Of a stretch of DNA of 64,000 bases, positions 38,556-50,279 are shown piece after piece. This DNA is from Mobula hypostoma. Lineage: Eukaryota. The stretch lies in assembly GCF_963921235.1 (NCBI RefSeq), contig NC_086097.1:107758001-107822000 (forward strand), in the 5' to 3' direction. How positions within the stretch are numbered: position 1 is the first letter of the stretch; every line of letters begins with the position of its first letter. Under the pieces are notes generated by a model. It did no database searches. It was not told where the DNA came from and saw nothing but the letters and a program-made list of their open reading frames with translations. The translations under genes and the position numbers were made by a program.

Positions 38556-39879
38556 TCTCATCTCCATCTGAGATTCTACCAACAATGGTTGTATCATAAG
38601 CAAATTTCTAGGCAGCATTTGAACTATACCAAGCCACACAGTAATGGGTATAGAGAGAGTTGAGCAGCGGGCTAAGCACACACCCAAGGTGTGTCAGTGC
38701 TGATCATCGGTGAAGAGGAGATATTACTACCAATCTGCACAAATTGTGGTCTTGCTGTTAGGAAGTCAAGGATCCAATTGCAGAGGGAGATACAGTGGTC
38801 CAGGTTCTGTAGCTTGTTGATCAGGATCATGGGAACTGTAACTATAAACACTGAGCTATAGTCAACAAATAGCATCGTCACTTAGGTGTTTGTATTGTCC
38901 AGGTGATCTAAGGCCGTGTGAAGAGCCATTGAGATTGCATCTGCAATAGACCTATTGTGGCGATAGGCAAATTGCAGTGGGTCAAGGTCCTTGCTGAGGC
39001 ATGAGTGATTCTAGCCTTAATCAACCTCTCAAAGCATTTCATCACCATACATGTGAGTGCTACTGGACGACAGTCATTAAGGCAGCTCACACCATTCTTC
39101 TTTGGCACTTGTTAAAGCCCTTTTGAAGCAGGTGAGAACTTCCAACCACAGCAGTGAGAGGTTGAAAATGTCCTTGAATACTCCCGCCAGTTGGTTGGCA
39201 CAAGTTTTCAGAGCCTTACCAGGTACTCCAATAGGGTCTGCCACCTTGCGAGGGTTCACCCTCCTGAAAGACAGCCTGACATCGGCCTCTGAGACAGAGA
39301 TCACAGTGTCACTGGGTGCAGCAGGGATCCTCACAGCTGCGAAGCGGGCATAGACAGCGTTGAATTTATCTGGTAGTGAAGTATCGCTGCCATTCATGCT
39401 ATTGGGTTTCGCTTTGTAGGAAGTAATGTTTTGCAAACCCTGTCAGAGTTGATGTGCATCCATTGTTGTCACCAACCTCACTTGGAATAGCTTCTTCACT
39501 CTCGAAATAGCCCTCCACAAGTCATACCTGGTTTTCCTGCACAGTCCTGGGTCACCAGCCCGAAATTCCACAGATCTAGCCCTCAGCAAACAAACAACCT
39601 CCTAGTTCATCCACGGTTTTTGGTTTGTTATAAGTTCTATGCTCTATTTGAAACAAGCAATAGTCACCTGGGGTCTATCTTCATCCATCTTTGCCCCAAC
39701 TTAATCAGTTTCAAGCATGACATGATGTTGAACTTTTCTTCTGCTGCCTTTATCTTCATGTCCATTGTCTTGGCCAGGGGACCTCATCGCAGACCGTGGG
39801 ATCTTCTTCCTGTCTACAAAACTTCTAATCCAGCTGGAAAGCTCATTTCAAATTCTTTCCTTCTCTGGATCTGTACATA

Positions 39880-40988
39880 AAGGGTGGATGCAGGTGGGGG
39901 AGGGGAAGAAGGGTAATGGAGAATGGTGGGGAGGGGGATTTGAAAAGAAGGAGTGAGTGAGAGGACCTGGGTAATGAGAGGGAGAAAGAAACCAGCAGAG
40001 TGCAGGTTATGCGTAACTGGGGAATTCACTCAAACACGAGGAAATCTGCAGATGCTGGAAATTCAAGCAACACACACAAAATGCTGGTGCAACACAGCAG
40101 GCCAGGCAGCATCCATAGGAAGAAGCACAGTCGACGTTTCAGGCCAAAACTCTTCATCAGGACTAACGAAGGGTCTCATCCTGAAACGTCGACTGTGCTT
40201 CTTCCTATGGATGCTGCCTGGTCTGCTGCGTTCCACCAGCATTTTGTGTGTGTTGGAGAATTCACTGTTCATGCCATTGGGTTATAAACTACTCAGGCAG
40301 AATATGAGCTGAAGTTCCTCTAGTTTAGCGTTCAGCTTCAGCCAGGCAGTGGGGCAGTGGAGGAAGCCAAGAACAGTCTGGTTGCTGCTGGACTGGGGAA
40401 GGAAGGGCAAATAACATGCTATCAGAAGCTCAGGATAGCATCTGTGGACAGAGCCCAGATGTTCAGCAAAGCAGTTGCCTAGCCTACACTCAATCTTGCC
40501 GATGCAGATGAGGCCACATCGGGAACGCCAAATGAAATAAATGAGATTGGAGGAGCTACATGTGAATCTCTGCCTTTTCAGTCATCCTTACAGTATCTAG
40601 TTTATTTACCCTCCTTCACCTGGTCCCAGCTGCTTATCATCCACACTGAGTCCAATTCGCTTCCTTTGTCTTCCTACCCCTCCCCGCAACCCCCCCCCCA
40701 CACTATTTCCATCTGCCTAGCATCGCTCCCTAATCTGGTTCCAATCAGCACCTTCCATTTTTAACAGATTTCATAATCTGTAGCCCTCTGTTGTCTCCAC
40801 CAATCACCTACAACTCTCACTCCATGTGCCCATCAACCCTTCCTCACCTAGATGCACCTATCACTTGATAGCTCTTGCCTTATGCCTCTCCACCATATAT
40901 TTATATTGGCTATTCCTCCTTTACATTCAGACCTTTACAGATGCTGCCTGACATGCAGTTACAAATTCTCCAAATCCCAGCATCTGCA
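39880..40988. mobile_element. Old Penelope inverted-pLTR remnant hosting a younger miniature copy
   Basis: Purine-rich arm and GIY-YIG remnant (about 39880-40575, -); pyrimidine-rich arm ending CCAGCATCTGCA (+). Confidence 0.65.
40031..40254. mobile_element. Miniature Penelope hairpin element (about 225 bp) with hammerhead
   Basis: Arms 40068-40143 / 40180-40254; TSD GGGGAATTCACT / GGAGAATTCACT; hammerhead core at 40129-40164 (-). Confidence 0.88.
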
Positions 40989-42640
40989 TAAGATATAGGA
41001 GCAAAATTGAGCCACTTGGGCCATCAAGTCTGTTCTGCCATTCAATCATGGCTGATTCTTTTGATCCCATTCTCCCACCTTCTCCCCATAACCATGAAGG
41101 CCCTTACTAATCAAGAACCTATCAATCTCTGCCTTAAATATACCCAACTAGCTCCATGGCTTCTGTGGCAATGAATTCCACAGATTCACATTTTGGCTGA
41201 AGGAATTTCTCTTCACCACGGTTTTGAAAGGGAAGTCCCTTAATTCTGGGGTTGTACCTGAAAATCCTAAACTTTCTTACTAATGGAAACATCCTTTCCA
41301 CATCCACTCTATCCAGGTCTTTCAGTATTCCAGAAGTTTCAATGAGATTCCCCTTCATCCTTCTGAACTTTTATCAAAGTACAGGCCCAGGGCCATGAAA
41401 CACTCCTCATATGTTAAGCCTTTCATTCCTGGAATCATCCTTGTGAATCTCCTCTGGAAGCTCTCCAAGGCCAGCACGTTGTTCCTAAGATATATGCTCC
41501 AAAATTTCTCAACGGTACTCCAAATGAGGTCTGACCAATGTCTTATAAAGCCTCAACATGCTTTAATACATATGTTTATATTCTGGATCTCTCAAACTGA
41601 ATGATAACAGTACATTTGCTTTCATTGCTACCAACTTAGCTTGCAAGTTAACATTGAGGGAATCCTGCATGAGGACTGCCAACTCTTCTTTTCCTTTCCT
41701 ACTTGTGAATTTTTCTCCATTTAGAAAATGGTATACACCCTTATTCATTTACATCTACCACTTTTTTGCCCAATTGCCCAACCTGTCCAGGTCCTTCTGC
41801 AGATTCCCCGCCTCTGCGACACTTCTTGTCCCTCCAACTATCTTGGTATTGTCTGCAACTATGGCCACAATGTTATCAAATTCTCCATCCAGATCAGTAA
41901 TATATAACATGAAAAGAAGCGGTCCCAACACTGACCTCTGCAGAACCTCACTAATCACTGGCAGCCATTTTGAAAAGAACCCCCTTTACCCAACTCTCTA
42001 ACTTTCGCCAGTCAACCAATCTTCTAACCATGCTAATAGTACCTTGCCTCTAACATCATGGGCTTGTATTTTGTTTAGTAACCTTGGTTGTGGCACCTAG
42101 TCAAAGGCTTTCTGAAAATTCAAGTAAATAACGTCCAGTTATCCAGTTAGCCTTTGTCTAACCAGCTTGTTACCTCCCAAGAACTCTAACAGGTTTGTCA
42201 GACAAGATCCCCCCTTAACAAAAGTGTGCTGACTTTGTCCTATCTTATCATATGCAATCAAGTGCTCTGAAATTTCATCCTTAATAATGGACTCTCTTAC
42301 CAACCACTGAGGTCAGACTAACTGCTTATAAATTCCTGTGTTTTGCTTCCCTCCCTTATCTAACACATTTGCAATTTTCCAGACTGCTGAAACCTTCCTT
42401 GACTCCAGTGATTCTTGAATGATCACTGCTAAAGTCTACCCAATCTGTCCAGCTATCTCTTTCAGAATTCTAAGGTGTAGACTGTGTGATCCAGGCGATT
42501 TATCCATCTTCAGGACTTTCAACATCCCCAGCACCTTCTCCTTAGTAATATTCACCTCTCAACTTTTACCTTTGTTTCTTGACTCTCTTAAATCTTTGGC
42601 CTGTTACCGTCACTGTGAAGACTGACACTAAGTACTTCCT
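40988..42640 (-). mobile_element. Degenerate CR1 RT and 3' end
   Basis: SVLGPLLFMLYITDLD...VADNTKI. Confidence 0.88.
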
Positions 42641-42699
42641 GCTACTTTATTGGTACTTATTAAACACTGTTCCACCCTCTTCTTTGCTAGGGAGAGCAA

Positions 42700-43855
42700 G
42701 TTTAGAAATCCAAGGTGCAAAGGGACTTCATGCAATATTCCCCAGAGGTTAGCTTGTAGATTGAGTCAGTGGTAAGGAAGGAAAATGTAATGTTCGCATT
42801 CATTTTGATAGGGCTAAAATATAAAAGGAAAGGTGTAATGCTGAGGCTTCATAGGCACCGACTGCACTTGGGAGTATTGTGAGCAGTTCTGGGCTTATCT
42901 AAGAAAAGATGTGCTGGCATTGGGTAATGTCCAGAGGAGGTTCACAAAAATGATACCGGGAAAAAAGGGCTATTGTATCTGATGGCTCTGGACCTTCACT
43001 CACTGGAGTTTAGAAGAAATGGGGGGGGGGGTAAATCCCATTGAAACCTATCAAATATTGATAGGCCAAGACAGAGTGGACATGCAGAGGATGTTTCCTA
43101 CAGCCTCAGGAATCAAGGAGATTTCAATGAGACCCATTTCACTCTTCTACTTTCCAGAGTCATTTCTTTAACCAGACAGTGGAGAATCTGTGAAATTAAT
43201 TGCCACAAACAGCCGTGGAGGCCAAGTCATTGGGTATATTTCAAGCACAGGTTGATCAGAGCTTGATTAGTAATAGTGTCAAAGGCTATGGGGAGAAGGA
43301 TGGGTTGAAAGGGTTTAAAAAAAACCATGATGGAATGCGGGAGCAGATTCAACGGCGAAATGGCCTGATGGTCTTATGCTGGTAGGCAATAGGTGAAGCC
43401 AGGTGAGGGGGAAGACGGGGGGGGGGGTGTGAGGAAGGGGGATGAAGTGGGAAGCTGGGAGGTGATAGGTAGGAAAAGTTAAAAGGCTGAAGAGGAATCT
43501 GATAGGAGAGGAGAGTGAGTCATGGGAAAAAGGGAAGTATGAGGGGCACTAGAAAGAGGTGATGTGCAGGTGAGGAGGAGAAAAGTGTTGAGGGGGAGCC
43601 AGAATGGGGAATGGAAAAGAGAGAAGGAGGGAGGTAGGAGTAACTACCAGAAGTTAGAGAAACCAATATTCATGCTATCAGGTTGCAGGCTATCCAGACA
43701 GAATAGGAGGTGTCGCTCCTCCAACCTGAGAGTGGCCTCATCATGGCAGTAGAGGAGGCCATAAACTAACATGTTGGAATGGAGATGGACAGTTGAATTA
43801 AAATGATTGTCCACTGGGAAATCCTACCTGTTTTGGCAGACGGAGCAAAGGTGCT
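42700..43855. mobile_element. CR1 3' fragment (+, to about 43380) abutting a Penelope pLTR/GIY-YIG fragment (-)
   Basis: PQTAVEAKSLGIF; then purine-rich pLTR and AAGTTAGAGAAACCAATATTCATGCTATCAGGTTG, homologous to 33261-33300. Confidence 0.8.
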
Positions 43856-44959
43856 AATTGATAAACTTCTCTCTCGTCTTACTGAACTTATTTCTTTCTA
43901 CCCTGAAACTAAATAAGTAAGAAGTCTGCAACCATTTCAAACTATTAGTGGAAACCTTTGCATCAATAAACATTGGCAATGTGCTTCAATCCCAGGGTTG
44001 TCATACGGAGGCATATAGCATTTTATTATTAAAAGCAGGGTGATAGAAGTTCAAACGTTAAACTTTCAGTAATTTCAGTACTGGAATTTCGTCCCTGGAT
44101 ACAATTGTGAAATTGTGCCTAACATATACCTGAAGATGTCTCTCGAAGGTGTATATGCATTCATGTTTTCACACACACAATTTAGTATCACCTTTAATTG
44201 TAGAACGCACATTAATCAGAGAAATCAATATCGATAATTGAAAGAAAATCTGGAAAAGAGTCAAAGAAATTTCCAACCGCTTGTTGAGAATAAACCCAGA
44301 TAAACAAAATCCCTTTTAGATGGATCCTGGACACTGCAAGGAAAGCAGCAGTTTTCTCCACCCTCAAAACTTAAATATATTTGTGTAAATAACTGTCTTG
44401 AGACAATGAACTCTCTCCAATATTTCTTTATTGCAAATGATTGACCACCCATACTCCAAGGCAAGGCTACCCAAAAGACGGTTGTCCATTTGGTTCAGAA
44501 ACACGATTACCTCGATATCAGTATTAGTCACATCAAAATCACTGTATCCTCGGAAACATAGCTCTTGGCCAGGGAACTAAGCTGTCACAACTACTAAGAT
44601 AGACAACTATTTTTGTATAAATTATAATGGTCTGATTAGTTCAGAAAATGCCAAGAAAGCTAGGAAACTTTCTACAGTGACCAATCTTATCGTTAGACCT
44701 GGGTGACAGGAACAAAGAAGCCAACCCATCATTCCTGCAGACAGGTAACAAATTAACGCAAAACACATTAATCATTTATTTTTTCCTTTTTGTGGTAACA
44801 GAATGTGTGTAATGCATATGAAAAGTTGCAAATCTAAACCTTATACATATTAAACAAAACAGAATGCCACTTTAAACTTAAGGGAAACTGCTAATCAGTT
44901 ACAGCAGTTCTTTCATTTGCCTGTATTGCATTTCTCAAAGACTTTCACACAATGTTTCA

Positions 44960-45890
44960 GGAGGCAAAATCTTCTGTTAGTTGTGTTGAGTTGTCCTCTG
45001 ATCTTGGCAATTTACTTGCAAATGTTTCATCACTGTACAAGGAGACATCATCAGTGCGCTGTTAATTGCGATGTGTTCTCTGAATGCTCGGCCTTTATAT
45101 ACTTACCAATCTGCTGACTGGATCTTTACCGAGCAAAGCTATTGAACAAGACCAATGTGGACTATAAAATCCAGTGCAGGGACTGCAGCAAATATTACAT
45201 CAGCCCAACTGGGAGAAAGCTATCCACAAGGATCCATGAATATCAATTGGCTGCAAAGAGCTAGCTCTTCCTTCAGTTAGTCCTGACGAAGGGTCTCGGC
45301 CCGAAATGTCAACTGTACCTCTTCCTAGAGATGCTGCCTGGCCTGCTGCGTTCACCAGCAACTTCGATGTGTGTTGCTTGAATTTCCAGCATCTGCAGAA
45401 TTCCTCGTGTTTACGTTTTTAAACTCTGCAGATGCTGGAAATCCAAAGCAACACACACAAAATGCTGAAGGAACTCAGTAGGCCAGGTAGTACCTATGGA
45501 AAGGAGTGAACACTTGATGTTTCAGGCCGAGACCCTTGTGTGTTGCTTAGAACTCCCAGAAGCATGGTTTTCCACAAACAATTCTGTCAACAGACATGTA
45601 GATCTCAATCCTATTTATGAGCCAATATAGACAAAATTCCAGACTATAATGCACAAAGTTTGCCACGTAACCATTCAGCAATGAGACTTCCTCCCTACAT
45701 CACAATTGAGTTTCCATAAAGCTGACCAGTCAGCTGATTGGTAAGTACATAAAGGCCAACACATCACAATTAACAGCGTACTCACGATGTCTCCTCATAT
45801 GGTGATGGAATGTTTGCAAATACATTTGTAAATTGCCAAGATTGGAAACCCAACCATCAACCAGCCGAGCTACCCATTCTTGTTTACCTT
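44960..45890. mobile_element. Second Penelope family with inverted pLTR; family-1 pLTR pair inserted at about 45258-45552
   Basis: KTNVDYKIQCRDCSKYYISPTGRKLSTRIHEYQL (GIY-YIG, +); inverted repeat about 45003-45121 vs 45726-45840. Confidence 0.8.
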
Positions 45891-45913
45891 ATCCAGTGTC
45901 TCTACACACTTAC

Positions 45914-46196
45914 ATGCTTGAAAATGCCATCTTCATCAACATGCGGCAACATTTACAGATCCTTAATTATGATATTCTTCTTCAGATGCTGGAGAAACCA
46001 ATGGACATGGCCTAATACTGAGGCGAAGTTACCGACTCTCCTGCTTGACTCTCTTTTTATTTATAATTTTTTTAAGCTGTCTGACGACATCAGTGGGATT
46101 TTTGTAGATCATCCGTCTGTCTGCCTCTTTAATTTTGATCCATTTGACCAAGGGATAATTCTGTGCACTGAATCGTTGCTGAAACTGGAACATGAC
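45914..46196 (-). pseudogene. Candidate exon B
   Basis: Acceptor tttactacAG; open frame VMFQFQQRFSAQNYPLVKWIKIKEADRRMIYKNPTDVVRQLKKIINKKRVKQESR*; donors at 46032 (GTAACT) or 45913 (CAT|GTAAGT). Confidence 0.6.
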
Positions 46197-47029
46197 CTGT
46201 AGTAAACATTAAAAGAGAATATTTAAACATGGTGTTTCTAAAACCAAGGCTTGGAAGTGCAAAGAGATTGATGGGATTACAGCAGAGAGAAGTTTAGAAT
46301 TTAAATGGATATGAAACTGCAGAGAGTTTCAAGGTGTGGAGGGTGAGGAGGGCCAGTTCTATTCATTCATTTCCATACTGCTGCTTCTCGCAAAGTCAAG
46401 CTGAAGTACCTCACCTCAAATGCTTCTACCACTTACTTACTTTAAATCCATACATCCTGGTTTTTGATCCCTCTGCCAAGTGATATAGGCCCTTCCAATT
46501 TATCTATGTTGGCCCCTCAATTAAATCATGCTTCTACTGCAAAGAAAGCAACCCAAACTCATCTAATCTTTTCTCTCAGGGACAATTTTCCAGTGTGGTA
46601 ACACATTTATAAATCTCTTCTGCCTCTCTCCAGTGCAACAACATTGTCTCTGTAATATGGGCCAACTACAATGATGTAAACTTCTCTGTTCTTGCATTCT
46701 GTGTCTTGGGAAAGAAAGCAAAGTTTCCTGTACGTCTTCTCAAGCACCTGATCGATCTATCCTATTACCTTTTAAGAATTAGTGCATATAAACTTCTAAA
46801 TAATACTGCATGCAACATTGCTCCATATTCTCCCATTTAGTAGATATTCTTTTGCCTTGTTAAACCTCCCCAAAAGCATATCAAATACAGCATAAACAGA
46901 ACCACAAGATCAATGTCTAATCTTTCAAGGCCTCACAAAAAGCTGGCTCTTCTGAGACAGTGCTTCATATAGACGATGCACTGACTTCTGGCAAACAGCA
47001 GCTACAGAGTGTCCACAGTCACAGAGTAT

Positions 47030-47650
47030 TAGCATCATAGAAGACTACATCACAAAAACAGGCCCTTCAGCCCATCTAGTCTGTGCCAAACTATTATTTT
47101 GCGTAGTCTCATTGATTTGCACTCAGACTCTAGCTCTCCATTCCCCTCCCATCCATGTACCTATCCAAACTTCTCTTAAATATTAAAATTGAACCCAGAT
47201 CCACACACTCACCACCCTCTGAGTGAAAAGGTTCCCCCTCATGCTCCCTTTAAACATTTCACCTTTGACCCTTCCCCCATGACCTATAGTTCTAGTCTCA
47301 CCCAACCTCAGTGGAAGAAGCCTGCTTACCCAATCTGTACTCCTCATAATTTTGAATACTTCCATCAGATCTCCCCACATTCTCCTATCCTCCAGGGAAT
47401 AAATTCTTAACCTATTCAACTTTTCCCTACAACTCTGGTTCTCAAATCCCAGCAAAATCCTTGCAAATTTTCTCTGAACTCTTACTGATACCTTTCTTGC
47501 AGCTAGGGGACCAGAACTGCACACAATACTCCAGATTAGGCCTTATGGATAGCCTTATACAACTCAACACAACATCCCAAATTCTGTACTCAGTACTTTG
47601 ATTTATGAAGGCCAATGTGCCAAAAGCTCTCTTTACGACCCTATCTACCT
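47030..47650 (-). mobile_element. CR1 3' fragment (related 3' end at about 48585-48920)
   Basis: IRPNLEYCVQFWSP; RVQRKFARILLG...NLFTQRVV. Confidence 0.88.
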
Positions 47651-50279
47651 GTTTATGGGCTACCCTGGAGTCCACCATAATCAATAGCTGTGAAAAGACT
47701 CTTGGCTTCTCCACCTAGAAAAATATCAGAATCTGACTGATAAAAATTATCAAGAGATCAAGGAGACAGCATGGTCGAAATTCACCACTGCCTTCAACAC
47801 ACCAGCAGGACCTTTGTTTAATTTAGCTACAAGATATTTAAAGATGAAGACATCAAACATAGCACCAAAATCATGGTTTACTGCACAGCTCAGATCACTG
47901 CTTGAGACCAGGAATATTCTAACTGGATTCTCCAGGAATTGGAAAACACCATCAATGCTGTCTTCATAAAATTCTCCAAATTCACAGTAAGTATAAGAAA
48001 ATCAACATTGGTGAGTTACCTCTCCCAAGCCCATATTCCGAGGATTGCTTCAAATATATGAAGCAGCTTTGTAACAATAAATATTAAACCATAATTTGAC
48101 AATTTAGTTGAAATCCTTTCCCATATTCCCCTGGACTGTATTGTACAACCATCTAACTGCAACACTAAAATTAAGACTTTATGCTACCTATATGTATCAA
48201 TGTCATGTCAATGCCATATGATATTGACTAACTATAGATAAAAGATTAGAACATACAAATCACTTTTTTACTGATGCCCTGACCTTCATGATAATTGTTG
48301 GCTTTTAGCTTGTGTACTTTCCTGATTACCTTCCTGAAGTTTTTATTTTCCTGATCCACCTTGAACATCTTGGTCAGCCAATGATAAGAGACCTTCAGGG
48401 GTTCACATTACCATTGTTATGTTCACAGTTAATTACTTCCTTGTAAGTCATTACATCTGCACCCACAATTCTTTAATAGTCCCATGAAGATATTCGCAGG
48501 ACTGCAAAACCCAGTTAAAACAAAAAGTTTGCATCAGCTAAGATTCTTTGCTTTGGAACAGAGAGACTGAAAGAAATTAAATTATCATAGAGTCATATAG
48601 TACTACAGCACAGAAACAGGTCCTTTGGCCCATCTAATCAGTGCCAAACCATTATTCTGCATAGTCTCATTAACCTGCATCTGGACCATAGCTATCCATA
48701 CCCCTTCCATTCATGTGATTACCCAAACCTCTCTTAAATGTTGAAATCGAACCCTCATCCACCACTTGCGCTGGCTCGCTCCACACTTTCACCGCCCTCT
48801 GAGTGAAGAAGCTCCCCCTCATGTTTCCCTTAAATATTTAACCTTTTACTCTTGACCTCTAATGCTAGCCTCACCCAGCCTCAGTGGGAAAAGCCTGGTT
48901 GCAATTTACCCTATCTACAGCACTCATATAACATGCAAAATTTTAGGAGAGGCCTAGAGAGAATGTATAGAAAGGAAATATTCCCATTATCTGAAGGCTC
49001 AAAATTCAGTGGGCATACAGTAAATTTTAAGTAATACAGACATATATTTGGGAGGAGATGGAGAAACACGTTTTCACTCAGAGAGTAATAGAGTCTGTAT
49101 AGACAGGTGGTGGAGGCAGAAACCTACATCACACATGAATAGTCATTGTATTCAAAGAACCATAACCTTCAGGGTTTGGACCTATACTGGAAGGTGGAAT
49201 TAATTTATGTAGCTCTTTGCTCTCTAGCAGACAGAATTGATCAAATGGCCCTTTTCTACTATAAGCTACTATAAATTCCTCTATTTCCTAGAGGGGAGTA
49301 TTAGCCATTTATTCAGAACTTAAATCTTTTTTTATAAATAAAATTACAGACTTTAAATTCTAACCGGAATGAGATTAAACTGCATGTTTTGACTTGAACA
49401 CCTGCTTTCATTATACAACTGAACGCTTTGAAATGTTTCCAAAACATTATGTGATGAGCTATTTGTTGTGACAGATCAGATGCAGAATGCAAACCTTCTT
49501 CAGGGTTGGAGTTAGCCAGGCCACTGAAAAAATAGCTGCATTTGTTTTGTGAAAACATTTAAAAATTCAAATGACAGTTCAAGTAAGGATTTCCTGCAGG
49601 CAGGTGAATAATCAACACAAAGACCTTGCCTGCTAACCTTGGAGTCAAAAACATAGCTGGCATTGCAAAATTTTTAAATCTCTGCATGTATTATTAAGCA
49701 GTAATCCTGACCGCACTTCAAAAATTGATTTCAAAGCAGTTGAAGGTCTGGAGGTGCATTATTATTTTTTCAGAATGTTGATGGTTTGCTCCAGCTCTCC
49801 TTACATTTCATGAACAACCTACAGTATCATATAGTTTACCAATAACACCAAATGTGGCAGAAACGCAAACAGTGATGAACTTAAGAGAATGATCAAATGC
49901 TAAAAAGAGACAATCCGTGAGTGGTGGAGTTCAGTGTGGAAAAGTGTGAAACATCTCACAATGGAAGCACAGGCGTGATACCTTACTTAAATGGCATAAT
50001 TTTGAAAAGTGTAGATAAGCTAAGAAACTATGTACGTAAGTACTTGGAAGGTGCTTTACAAGCTGATTATAGTGATAAAATCAGATGGGTTTATTTATTT
50101 AATGAGATAGAGGGTGGAATAGTCCCTTCCAGTTCTTTGAGCCACACCGCCCAGCAAACCCTAGATGTAATCCTAGCCCAACTACAGTACAAGTCCCAAT
50201 GACATATTAACCTACCAACTGGTATATCTTTGGACTATGGGAGGAAACGGAAGCACCTAAAGGAAACTCATGCGGCCCA

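Larger units (their letters stand above)
30385..39620 (-). mobile_element. Rex1/Babar LINE A (30385-30946 plus about 38068-39620), outer host of a nest
   Basis: (TCTGAT)n tail at 30385; the sequence broken at GATCCTGAGATATTGA resumes at CAAGATTTAAAATTGCTCACTCTCTCC, colinear with the copy at 16840-16900; RT pieces 38672-39436. Confidence 0.8.

Noticed and set aside
49290..49760. TE-free stretch as an exon or conserved element (also 44000-44900 and 55850-56640)
   Set aside because: No convincing splice-site pair with an open frame; conservation cannot be judged without alignments.
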